A stretch of DNA of 64,000 nucleotides. It comes from Catajapyx aquilonaris. Lineage: Eukaryota. The notes beneath the pieces are model-generated. The model saw only the letters and a program-made list of their open reading frames with translations. It had not been told where the DNA came from and searched no databases. Made by a program: the position numbers and the translations under genes. Positions 21,301-44,474 of the stretch are shown here, piece after piece. The number at the start of each line of letters is the position of its first letter. The stretch's first letter is position 1. The stretch covers positions 1-64,000 of the forward strand of contig JYFJ02000983.1 of the NCBI GenBank assembly GCA_000934665.2, read 5' to 3'.

Positions 21301-24300
21301 TATCAGCTGATGAGGAGGAGGATATGTAGGAATACAATGAGCTCAGCAAGCCTGTCTGCTCCTGATTGCGATTGCGCACACCGTGATGACGCCTGCCACT
21401 TGTCTGGGATTCTCCACGATGTAATGGCACTCTTCCTGTAGTGTCCACAAAGTCCTCAGCTTCTTGCAAAACCTAAGAAGAAATATATACTGATACCTTC
21501 ATCATTACTGATGCATGCACACATTTGGCTGTGTCTGGCTGACTAACCTGTGGAAGCAGGCCACATCTGAACAGCTGCAAGAGACAATCCAGAAGATTTC
21601 GCCAGCCTTCCCTTAGAATATCTGCATGGCGGTGGACAAGTCCAAAGAGAGTGCGGGCAGCCAGCTGGGCTTTGGAGTTACCACCCAGGGACACAGCCAG
21701 GGCATCAGGACTCTGGTCATAATCCACATAAGAGTCAGATCAAAAATATGTCACATTGATTCTCCCGGTCAGCATTATTAGCACGAAGTGAAACTCACCT
21801 CTGAAGAAGCTCCCATGAGAGTGGTGAACTTGCAAAGGGAAATCACAAGATTGTCAAACACATCACTCATCCCGTAATGGGCAGCCACAGTGGCACACCG
21901 TCCAAATCCAGCCACTGCTTTGAGGACCACTGGTCTGTTCTGTGACCTGTCCAGCACAAAACTGATGGCAGCGACAGTGGGACCCCATGCCAAAGCAAAC
22001 AGATCATGATCAAAGAGGCCATCAGGTGCATTCAGATACACTCCCTCCTTCCCCATGCCTCTCCGAAGCAGCTGGGCCCACAGGTAGTTCTCCCGAACCA
22101 AGCCCGTCTGCTCGGCAGGCATCACAATCTCTTCCGAGGCCACACTGGTATACATCTCATTCAGCATCTCAGGATCAAAGTCTGATCCACCATTGACACC
22201 ACCCACATTTCGCCTGAATTCCTCCATTGTCATAGGAGTGCCTTGGCGCCTGGCCTGCCTGTGATAATGAAGGAGTACAACCGCAGAAGCATTAAAGTCA
22301 GGAAGCTAATATATTTGAACAAATCTGAGAACCCATGACTATACAGGCAGGCCCTGATTAAAGTCAAACAAGTTTAAGTTAAACAAGACAAAAAAAAACT
22401 ATTTGGTGCTTACCTATTATGCTGATCCACATTAAGCATGATGACAGCATAAGCCAAGGTGAAGGCAGCATCAGTGTTGGCAAAAGGGGAGCCGTTGCTG
22501 TGGTACCAGTGGTCGGCAAACTGCTCCAGGACTAGAGAAATGAGCGGTGCTTCACCTGGTAGGCGGAAGGTCTCCAGATACAAACGAAGAGCTTCATCAA
22601 CACGCGTGTCAGCGAAGTCAAATGACCTGCAGCAGAAAGGGAAATTGGGAATGTCACTTTCTAAAATAATTTACATGCAATGTGAATGCTGGCTTACCAG
22701 TTCATCCTATTTAAAAAAATAAAAAAAGTTAATGGGTATTGAGGTAAAACAATATCTGACCTTACAAATGCCTCAAGTACTTGTAGATTCTTCCTATTAC
22801 TGACGTACTCTCCTATCATACGCTTGTCCAGTCGGGGGTTTTCCCTGAGGAACGAGGCCAATTCTTGTGGATTCAAGGGAGTAGAGAGAAGACCATGCTC
22901 CTGAAGGATTTGGATTCCTTTGCTGGGCTTCAAATTAAAGTGCTCTGTTCCACTGGCCAGGATCTTGAAAATTTGACATCAAATGTTAGTTACACTGAGT
23001 AAGGTCCCTCTAGCATAATACACCAAGAAATAAAATAATAGTCTCACCTTCTTCTTATGCTTGCATGCCATCAGCTGCTCATGACTGGGAATCTCTTGTG
23101 TCACCCTAACTCTTGGTCCCATTCTTCTCCTCTCATCTACGGGTGGTGCCAGCTGACATCCCAATAGCCTTCCTGATGCTGCTGGCAGTGTTGGATGCAC
23201 AACCTCAATTTTTCCTTTGCCCCCATTGGCATATTTTGACTTATTATTTCGCTGCATCCTGCTCTGACATCTCCCTTCAATGGCCTCCACAACTGCCAGC
23301 AATGCATCAAGGGATAGCAAGTGTGTACCATACAGCCCAGAAACTGGAAATGCATTTTTTGACAGCAATTTGGTGAGGTCCTCAAAGAGATTGGAGCAGT
23401 AGAGATCGCAATCGTAATTGAGGTACAACTCAGTCAGCAAGCCAGGCAGTCGCCAAAGCCTGACCAGGGCTTCCAAAGAGGCCTCACGATGTTCATAAGA
23501 AACGCGAAAGGGCCCCTCTGCGGCAGCCAGCTGGCCCAGCCGAGACAGGAACATCTCCAACTGAAGTTTCAGATGAGGACGAAGTCCCTACAAACAAGAC
23601 AGCAATAATTATTAAAAACCTCTGCAGCTAAAACTGACATTGCATTAAATGCTTTCCACAGAATGGTGCATCGTGCCTGTGTGAGCTTCAGTTTAACAGA
23701 CTGATAGCATTTTTTTCAAATGACTGCAATGGACACGCAGGAAACAATGTGAAATGTTATATTTCTATGCTACAACTCACCTCAAACAATAAAAAGCAGA
23801 TTCTGAGTGCTGCCCCAAATGCCCCGGGCCTCTCCCCAACTCCCACGCCCAACCCTCCCCCGCCTCCTCCTGCCCCGCCTCCACCTCCTCCTCCACCCCC
23901 ACCCCCTGGTACAGGGGAAGCAGCCCTCTCCTGTGGCGCACCCACAACTACCCTATCGAGCCCAAGCAAGGAGAAGAGGTGCCTGCAGAGCTCATCCTTG
24001 ATCAGTCCTAGCAGCGACTGATATTCTTGAATGCGAGAGGATCCACCCATTTCCAAGGCTACTGTCAAGAGGTTCAGCCCAATCTGTATCATTGCATCCG
24101 AGTTCTGCTTTTCTTGTGGATTCACTAAAGACACCAGGAAGCGGAACAGTTCCTTCACACACGGCAGCCCATATGGCACAGGGCGAAGGGCATCTGATTG
24201 GTTGGCACCTGATTTGAGCAAGTAAAGGACATGGTTAAAATCATGCATTGCTTGTGTGCAAGTAACAACATATAAAGGTGAAATGTATGCAACGAAATGT

Positions 24301-26910
24301 TCACTATCATATTAAACGTACACAGTGTGCTGCTTTGTATGATATAAACTGTCATGAGTGCATGGCCAAATTCAAGTCACACTCACCTTCCCCTGGGCGT
24401 GTCTGCTGGGTGAACCTGACACCTTGAGCATTGACGTAATCAGTCTTCTCATACATCACATCAAAAGTAGGGTCAAGGGCTTCTGCAGAGATGTCAATTG
24501 CGTCTACCGATCCTACTGATCCTGATTCTTCTTCCTCTGCAGATGCATTTGAAGGTAAAAACACATCCGAAACAGAAGGTGAAGGGAGATCCAAATAAGA
24601 ATCATTTGCCTTGCTCAGAGATAATTCTGTTGCACTTTCGTTCACATTGCTTGAATGTGGCTCCTCCAATTGGCTTGGAGGCAAATTCAGCCCAACTTCT
24701 TGCACCTGTTCACTTGGGGCATGATTTTGTGTTTCATCATCATCATCAACTCCAAGGTCAAGGACAACACAGTCTGTTGGAACATCTGCTGGCGAAACTT
24801 CCACTGGCTCAGGAATCCCTTCTATTGCTTCTGCATCAATGTCTGCAGGCATTTTACATGACTCAGTAGTTTCACCTGCAGTTGCTTCTGTTATTACTTC
24901 AGCAGAAGCTTCTGACATTGCATCAGTAGGAGCTTCAGATATTGCATCGGGGAGAGGATCAGATTTCTCGGAGCGAATATCTTTTTCTCCTTTTGAAGCT
25001 ACACTTTTCTGCTCTGGTGGCTCTGACTCAGCTTTCATAGGTTCTGCAGGAGGTTCATCAACTTGTTTTGGTGAATGAGTCTGCTTTTTTGATGACATTT
25101 TGGGTGACCGTCCCTTCTTTCTGCTGCGATTTGTTTCCACAGATCCAGTGCGCATCTTCAGTTTCTGCCCCAAAGAGATCAAACAGATGCAATGTTAACA
25201 TTACAAAAATATTCAACTTCCATTATATTCCAAGTGTGAAAGGCATGACAAGTTCACTTCAATAATAACACAGGTCAACACAGTTTTTGTTCTTGGGGAA
25301 TAACCACACCTCCAGGTGTCCAGTAAGATCTTGGCATATTGCATTATGTATACAGTAGCATATTGCAACCAATCATTGTGAAGAGCAGAATGACACACCA
25401 AAGATATTTTGAGAATTTCCTTTGGGTTTTACACAATTTACAAAATGCAATATAAATTGACAACGCAAGAGCTTCACTTCTACCTGAATAAAAGGTCATT
25501 ACTAGTTACAAGTGACCTGCAATAAGTAACGTGGATGTATGTCGGACGGACTTTCAAATCGGCTGACAGGATTTGGGAGGGGTAGGGGTACTCTGTACCA
25601 ACATAACACATGACCTAACTTTCCTTCCTGGCAGCTGCAGACCTATTTTCAGCAGATGCAGGCCTATGAAAGTATGTAAAAGTGCTGTGTCAGCCCATAT
25701 GCAAGTCTAGCCAGCATGTCTCGACGGAATAATCTTAGTGATCACATATTGCAACTCCTACAACAGGGTGAGCAAGAGATCAAATTTCTCCAAACCTTGC
25801 AAGTAGATGGCAGACGGTGATCTTCTGGAAAGTGTGGTAACCTGGTAAAAAGCAGCTGCACCATGTCCACCAAGGCATGTTCAGCTGACCTCCGCAGAAG
25901 TTCTGTATCACAAATTTTTGCATTACTTAATTGGTTCCTATTAGTACAGTGTCAAAGATATAAATAACAAGTTAATTACCACTTAGACGCATTTCAAAAC
26001 AGAATCTAAAGCTGCTCTGCATGATTTCACACACACTCTCATTTGTTAGGAGAGTTCCCAGGGGACTGAGGAGGAGTTTGCGCAGTACATGCAGGATTCT
26101 CATCAAGACAACTTCATCACTCGCAGCATCAGTTCCAACAAAGCGGGCATGTGTCACAGCATCAGCAACATTTTCTGCTGCTGTTGGTGCAGCTGGTGAA
26201 GATGGATCTGCAAATATCAAAAAAAGAGGTACCATACAAAGAAATAAATTTGATTCATAAAGGATTGTGCCAAAGAAGGTAGGTTATCGACAGACAATTT
26301 ATTGTTTTAAATTGTTGTCAACGATAAACTGCACAAAAAGGACACATCTTTGATAACCATTCTACATTCTATAGTGAAACTGTAATGGGCGATGTTTAGC
26401 AACACAGAGTTCATGGGTAGTATGTACAAACTTATCATACCAGTTCAAGGTTGCAATTATTGTTGTTTATCTACCATTTCACAAACAAAAAACAATGGTC
26501 TTACCTACAAGCCCATAGCTGAGGAATTTGTCAACTGAGGACAGTGCCAACCCTGTGACAGGTCCCTTGGTCCCCTCCGACCTGATGACATCTAGGAAGG
26601 GAGCCAGAAACCTGTTTGGGTCCACTTCTTCGAGTCTTGTAGACCTGTCCAGCAACTCCTTCAGTTGCCCCAAACCCCTGACCAGTGCATCTTGCTCTTC
26701 ATCTCCCTGATGGTGCTGACCCTGGTGATGCAAGTGATGATGGGAAGAAGAGGAGGAGGACGAAGAAGGCCAGCGAGAGGAGGGAGATCCACGTTGGAGG
26801 GCCCAGAGAAGAGCACATAACTCCCCTTGGACAATGTACACACCACTGCTTTCACCTTCCTGGGGGAAGGTTTGTAGTTCGGCATCACCTTCCGATGCTT
26901 CCACTTCCAT
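18365..26910 (-). CDS. GBF1: Golgi-specific brefeldin A-resistance Arf-GEF 1 (garz orthologue), multi-exon
   Basis: DCB/HUS motifs ([48 protein letters not shown]). Sec7 domain with the [10 protein letters not shown] glutamate finger and LNVDQHN. HDS regions ([22 protein letters not shown]). ATG at 26910, stop at 18365. A probable non-coding first exon ends at the donor near 29165. Confidence 0.95.
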
Positions 26911-28511
26911 CCTAAAAACAGCGACAAAATATATTCTGTTAAGTAGCAACAATTGATCCAATTTATTTCTTAACCATCACTGACATACCAGTACTTCAGA
27001 ATTTAAAACTACAGCACAGTCTTCTAATGTACCATGGACAAACTATGCAGCTGAACTTATTTCCATTTCAATGAAAATCTGATCTTTATAAACCATATTT
27101 CAATTGGCAAATCTACTGGTGCGCAAAAATTGACTTGCAAATCTGACAATGTGTCATTCTATGTTTTTTTGTTGTTTTTTATTCAATAAATATAAAATTT
27201 TATGGTATGCAAGTGATTACCATGTCATATCAACTAAGAAACAGTAACTTCACAAATAATTCAATATGATATTTATACAGCATGGAGGAATTGCATCAAA
27301 CTGCCCTCACCAAGAAACACATGACATGATGAGTAAAAAGATGCCTATTTTCAAAGGTTTAATTGACTGCACATGTTCATATTTCCTCACGCTAATATTG
27401 CACATGGAAAAGAAACCCATAGTGGAATGTACTACTGGTTCTGTCCAATAATTTGCTCTGTTTGTAAGTTAGGGTCATGCCAGTCACATGACGACACATT
27501 GACGTTATCAATTCAAACTTCCTTGATCTTGTCAGAATTGTATCAGCACATTTTATTACCTTTCCTTTTAAACTTATAGAGTAACAATTCCTGCTTTGAA
27601 TGCAAAGGTCAGGGTGATGTGTACGAAAAATCAGATACTGATGACAATTATATGGATCAAGTTAAACAATGGAGCAATGAATCCTAAATGACGTATGAAG
27701 ATAACAAGTTCCTGTCTGACAGGTGAAAGTTCAGTACCAATGAAGTATGATAACACGACTAAATAATCCATCATGAGATTCTAGTTACCAAATATGTGTG
27801 GTTCATTTCTAGGTAAATAATTTATCTTCACACTGATGTGTAGTGAAGTTGCATCATAAGTAATCAATTTTTAAGAACAGTCGTTACAGCAGCTCCTGCA
27901 TGTAGGCATGGCAAGAACTGATGATTATGATGCGTGTGTGGATGGGTGTCACATAGGTTGCGTAGCATGCAGAAAGAAATTACATTATGTTACTAGATTC
28001 TAAGGTTTTCCAATTTGGGCATCCCAGATTTGCCTATAAAAGTTGTGGATTGAAAAAGTCAGTATCATTATTTTGATAGCCTGCATAGTTTGTTAAGTAC
28101 ACTCCTACCCTTCATGTTAAGTAGGTAAACCACTTCTGCAATACAAAGCCGTCATGACAAGTATGATGCTGTACTTTCATTTATACCTTTCTTTCAGTCA
28201 CTCCATACTCATATCGTTCAATCAATCATTTTCCTACACATCACAGATATCGAGTAGAAAAACTTAAATTTCTCAAAGTACTCCAGAAATTGGGTGAAGA
28301 ATCAACCACAGGGCAACTTGCTCCTGCCTGACACAAGTACGACTTAATTACAGTCAATGAATGTCCCTATCGTCCCCAGTAGGGGACACTTCAACGATTA
28401 CAAAGTTGGACGTCACAAATTTGAATTTAGAAATAAATAATATTGTAATCCCTGGACGCTTGTACAGGTGATAGGTATTTATTGTCGTTTGTGTTAAAAA
28501 AAAAAAAAAGA

Positions 28512-28624
28512 GGGTTGAACTTCGTCCCACTGCTAGTTACTGCCAACTTAGCACTACCACTGCCAACACTGGTACCGGTACTGCCAAGTTAGCAGTAACT
28601 AGCAGTGGGACGAAAATTCAACCC
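28512..28624. mobile_element. Short palindromic MITE/foldback in the GBF1 5' intron
   Basis: ~35-bp inverted arms: gggttgaacttcgtcccactgctagttactgc ... gcagtaactagcagtgggacgaaaattcaaccc. Confidence 0.7.
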
Positions 28625-29299
28625 ACTATATTTGAAAAGTGAAACAAAAAATAATTCAGGCATACTGTACATGAGTTAAATAGTTGCTTCTGAAGCTGTT
28701 TCTGAGCCTTCAGTTTAAGAATACATGCATAAAATTATTATAATCAGTATACTAAGGCACATCCTGGTGTGACAGTGCAAAATAATGCAACGGCGAATAT
28801 GGTACACACTTTGGTCAATCACCTGCATCGGAACATGTAATAATGATAGTACAAAGGCCTACGTAGGCAAGCACATTGGGAAATGCTTTTAACATACCGC
28901 CTGTAATTGCCAAAATGTTGCGTACAGGTCAATGCGACAGCTGATTCCCTGTCCCCAACACAAGTGTACCTACCACCACCACCACATGTTGTCCCTGTGT
29001 CCAGCCCCGTGGAATCAAAAGAGTGCCTGCACTTGAACCACCCAAGCAGATGTTTACGTCCCATCGAGGTGGGTAGCCCCCTTTTATTATTATTATTAAA
29101 TACGCCATCGCCGCCACGAGCAGGATACTCCGTGGTTCCATTCCGCGTGTGAGACTCCACGTACCTGCCGTCCACCTGGCAGGAAGGCTCCGTCATGCCA
29201 CCATCCATCCCCAGTTACTTTTTCGTCAGCCAGCCAGCCAGCCCCTCTCTTCCGGCTGCCGACATCACACCATCACAGCTCCACTCTCTTCACTAGTGC

Positions 29300-29720
29300 C
29301 AACTGCGCCACCTGACTCCGCATTAAATCCACGGTTAATTAACCTAATTGGCCCGCACTTGTCATTAATTGCGTGCCCAAATCTGGTCCGGTTTTAAAAC
29401 GGCGACGTGTCACCAATTCCGGATTGGAATCGCGTCATAGATCGCGCCATGTTGGAGCTCCTGAATTTCGATTGGCCTACAAGGCGGAGGATGCGTTGTG
29501 ATTGGTCGTTCCAGTGCAGTGTTGGTGACATCCGCTTGACGACGTCACGATCACTAGTAGTGATGGGGCAAAAAGATGTCTGCTGCCTTCAGCTGTGGAG
29601 TGTTTGTTCTGCTGCTGCGGAGGGAGGGACACAGGGAGGAGGAGGAGGAGGAGCCCCGCCGTGACGTGCGGAGGTCCACGTGGACCTGTTTAAAAAGGGG
29701 GGCAGGCAGGGCCAGCAGGT
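29300..29720. promoter_or_regulatory. Bidirectional promoter region between GBF1 (minus) and GFAT (plus)
   Basis: CpG-rich, with several CCAAT/ATTGG boxes, YY1-type CGCCATGTT (29445), GACGTCAC (29541), TGACGTG (29662), the palindrome AGGTCCACGTGGACCT (29672-29687) and TTTAAAA (29689). Confidence 0.65.
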
Positions 29721-29854
29721 AGTACTGCCGGGGTCGTCTGCTGCACGCAACACACGTCTCTCTGTCGCCGAACCACTCCCTCTGCCGTACAGCCGGTTGA
29801 CTGACAGTACCGCATACTCGAGAAGACACCAGACACGTAGCCGCCTCTACCATC

Positions 29855-40434
<10,580 letters not shown>

Positions 40435-41588
40435 ATCAGTGTTGGGCAGTGCAGCAATCAAACACACCAGTAACGTTTTTTCTCCATAAGAAGACCTTTA
40501 AGAGAGTGTCTCATCTAACAAAAAAGTCTAGGATTTGCATTCCAGGTCGAAGATATACCACACTGAATCCCCATTTTCCTCGAGAACTTTAATGCTTTTT
40601 ATTAACGAGGTTGGTGTGACATTTTTCATGTATATTAGCGTGGGTTGAAGATTCATTTTATAATATTTATGGGTGGTAATAAAGTATGCTTTATTCTGAT
40701 TGTGTGAATTTATAGGATACAGGGTCCCAAGCATTTCTCTTCCAGTAATGACTGATCATCTCATCACGTAATGATGTAACCACAGGTGGGTCCCCCCCCC
40801 CCCCCCCCCCCNCCCCCCCCCCCCCCAACAGTGTCTCTACCTTGACCAGGGTGGTGAGGCTTGCTTTTCTCCCGTGACCCCGAGAGCTATGCTGGTGGTA
40901 GCTTCGTCTATTAGCATGGCCACCAAAGTCAGGCAGGTCTTTGGGATAGGAGACAAACTAAGAGAGATACCAGCAGTGTCCTCTCTTCGTTTCTGTCTCA
41001 TCTTTGCATCCTCTGTGATAGCCATAGTTGCATTGGCTCCTTTCTAATAAACCTAAACCTAAACAGGTGGATCAGGTATTGGGAAGAGGCAAAAACTACC
41101 CCATGGTCAGCCAGGTCCTTCACCCCCAATGTCCTTGGCCCCTCCCTACAACCACCTTTGGTAGTTTGCAGCGCGTGCAGTTCAAGGTCAGGTACAGTTA
41201 CAGTACCATAAAGTGTAATGTGTGGCACATAGCACATTGCAACCAGAGATGGCGCCATGGCGGTTGTTACTTGGAATGCGTGGGTATGATACAAGGACTT
41301 CTTATCCTAACACTCGGTGGCAACCCACATGCCGCACTTGTGAGGAGGGAAGTGTGCATTGCAGGCGTGAATACTTTGTTGACTGTACTGTACAGTACTT
41401 GTGATGCTGGTGACGACGATGAGACACACCGAATTTTGGGAGAATAATTTATTTGACAGACACCATCACTCTCCTACATGGCAATGTTTTCAACAACTGG
41501 AACATAACAATCACCTTTTTACAATCCGCGTTTAACTTGGGTCTCGTTATAATTTAAATAAGTTAACATTAGAGTCCACTGGTCACAC

Positions 41589-44474
41589 CTATGTGTCTTG
41601 AGCAAAAAGAGGCCGGAATCCCCCTTGCAACTGAGGAGGAACGTCCTCCCAGGTGCCTCTATTGTTGTTATTTGCTTGAAGGTTGCTCTTGCCATGCTTG
41701 TCACTGGAACCATGAGCTCTCATTACTGCTGAAACAGTGAAATGACGGTAATTGGCAGGGTCATCGACGGACCTTGTGGGGCTCTTGGTGGTGGGTTTGG
41801 CAGTGGTGGTAGTTCTTCGGCTGGGTTTTGGTCTCCTCCTGCGCTTTGGAGGACTCGTAGGTGCGTCTGACAGTGGGCGGGGCAAATCAGGGTATGACAA
41901 CTGAGGGGGAGGTCTTGCAGATATGGGCCTTCCCATTGGGAAGTTCGGTTGGTGTCGATCAAAGAACGAGAGACTGATAGGTGGGCGGGGCCTTCTGACA
42001 CGCTCCGCCCGAATTGGTCTGGCCCAATGTGGACGATCGTCGTCCCATCCGGAGCGGGGTTGATTGAAGGGAGATCCGGCCCTTCTGGAGATTGACGGGC
42101 GGGTGCCAACGCCCTCAGGCCTCTTGGTGGGCGGGTGGTCTCCAGAAGGAGGCGGTCCAAAGAGTGGTAGGCGGTCCTCAGGCAACACTTGGGCTGTTGG
42201 ACGGAACTGGGGCAGGATGTTGGGAAGTGGGATGCCAGCTCCCAGCCCGGTTTTCCGCTCAGCTGGTGGGGGCGGAGGATGGGGAGGAGCGTGGGGCGGG
42301 GCATGGGGCGGGGCATGGGGCGGGGCATGGGGCGTGTCCTGCTTGGGACCGTCTGATGGTGGAGGCTGGCGATGTCGCAATTCGGGATTGTCGTTGGGGA
42401 ACCTGTGTGGAGGTGGTGGCCTCATGAAGAAGATTGGTGGGCGTTGTGGGTGTGGCCCATGACGGAACGGTCCACCAATCAGGTGCTGAGGGGGCGGGTA
42501 TGGAGGTCTACCTGCAAGTACAACAAGAGTGGCAAATCAGTGATTCGAGTATACTTTTTCTCATTGCCAAGGAAATCTGACAACGATATAGAAAGTTCTC
42601 AGTATCATTTGCCAATGACATCCGCATGTATAACTTGACATTGGCGTACACAGTGGACGGGGTACACCGGATGTGGACGGTCGCCGGGAAGTTGACCATG
42701 AAACCTATTTAGGATATGCCGAATCCGAATCCGAAAAGCGTTTGTCGCTATCTCATGCGGTTGGGCCCCGATACATGTCCACGGACGGACATACAGCCTT
42801 TTGTTGATGAGAAATGATCACCCTGTCTACCCTGGTCCTTGAATACACACCTTGTGGGAATGGCCTATGCTGTGGTCCATGCGGATGAGGGAACGGAGGT
42901 GGTCCTTGAAGTGGTCCTAGGTGTTGTCCTGGATGAGGACCTTGCGGAAGTCCTGGAGGCAGGGCTTGGGGCAGTCCCTGGGGCGGGCCTTGGGGCACTC
43001 CTGGTGGAAGCACCGATTCCTTCAGGTGCGAAGGAGGGGTGACTGGTACCGGTACGTGAGGGTGTGGTCCTACTAATGGGTCTCTTGGACTGGGAGCAAA
43101 CTGATGCTGGGTTGAGTCATGTGGACGTCCCAGTGGGAAGTAGCTGTCCGGTATAGGCGTGGAAGGGGTGGGGCTAATGGGCGTGACTTCCGGCGTGGAG
43201 GCGGAAGGAATAAGGGAAGGAGGCGTGTCCTCACGTGGGTCCGCCTCCTCGTTGTTTCCATCCTCAAGGAAGGGAAAGTGAAAAGCATTGGGCTTCCAGG
43301 CACCATCGTCAGCTGGAGTTTCCGTTTGGTGCTGGCCTGGACTTGGCGGCGGCGGAAGACGTGTTGAAGGAGTCTGGGCTTCAGTTGTCTGTATCAAGTT
43401 GTGGGCATCAGGTGGAAGTGGAACTGGGTTTTGGTGTGGAGGCGGAGGGGGTGACGGAGAAGAATCGCTGGTGACATTGTGCGAACTGGTCTCGACCATA
43501 ACCTGGTCAGGAACATCCTCGTTCCCCTTTTCCAGGTTAGCAGGTTCCGGTTTTAGAGGTTCTGCTCCCACCACTGACACTGTGCCAACTCCGACATGCT
43601 TTTCTGGTTCGTCCGAATCTTCTGATGACGTGTCTGTTGGGAAAATATTTGGAAAATATGACACATATACCGATATGAGCATTTGTGTACACGGGACATG
43701 GACAGCTAGAGACAACGTACCTTCGAATTGATCGTCTTCGGCGGATGTTTCCTGTGGAGGAGCGATAGGAGCATCGGATGGCATCGGACGCCAAGGACGC
43801 CACACCCCTTCGTCATCCTCTGCTCCGGTGTCTTCCACAGGAACTCCTTGAGCAGCAGCAATGGCCTCTTGGGGTAGCAGATGGTCTTCCCAGTATGACT
43901 CTGCCGATGGAGGTGGTGGTCTCAGGAAGAATGGTCCTGTAGCGTCGTCGTATTCCATGGACGACCCGCCGTACTCGTCCTCTTCGCTCTCAACCTGCTG
44001 GGAGGTGGGTGGAGCTTGGGGCGGGGCTTGGGGCGAGGTTTGAGGCGGAGCTTGAGTCTGAGGCGGAGTTTTGGACTGGAGAGGAGGGGCAGGGGGCGGA
44101 GTCGGGGGCGGGGCTGTTGGGGAAGGTGTGCTAGAAGTGCTTGTGGGGGCGTCCCCTGGTCTGAAGGCGAAATAGGCAGGAGGTGGGGTCGAAGGTGTTG
44201 GTGGATGAGGGGTTGCATGTGTCTTTGGGGCACCCACACCTTGGACCTTCATTGACGCATATGATGATGATATTAGAGGGATTCTCTTCTTGAGTGCCAT
44301 GAGGAGCTGGTGGTCATCAGGTCGCTTGTTGGGGCTGCCGATGACCTCGCTTCCTGGGTTGACCTCGTTGACCTCCGCTGTCCATGGCCGTGGAGGGATT
44401 CTGGCCACCCCGAGAGCACCGCCGCACACCCAGCACGCCAGCGTCACCGCCAGCATCTGCTGGCGCCCTCTCAT
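41589..44474 (-). CDS. Secreted proline-rich low-complexity protein of unknown function
   Basis: Signal-peptide-like MLAVTLACWVCGGALG. Exons ~44474-43720, 43635-42851 and 42511-41589 are joined by GT-AG introns in frame. PPQ/PPHA/QGP repeats; C-terminal LQGGFRPL. A probable upstream UTR exon ends at the donor ~47205. Confidence 0.75.

Noticed and set aside
18504..25078. Numerous plus-strand ORFs over GBF1 (and similar antisense ORFs over 41700-44500 and 48700-49700)
   Set aside because: Antisense shadows of GC-rich coding exons.
40792..40826. Long poly-C/G tracts containing n (also ~7970, ~35570, ~50715)
   Set aside because: Homopolymers with ambiguous bases; lengths are unreliable and no function can be inferred.
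41028..41447. 139-aa plus-strand ORF after GFAT
   Set aside because: No ATG start and no recognisable domain; it lies in probable 3' UTR sequence.
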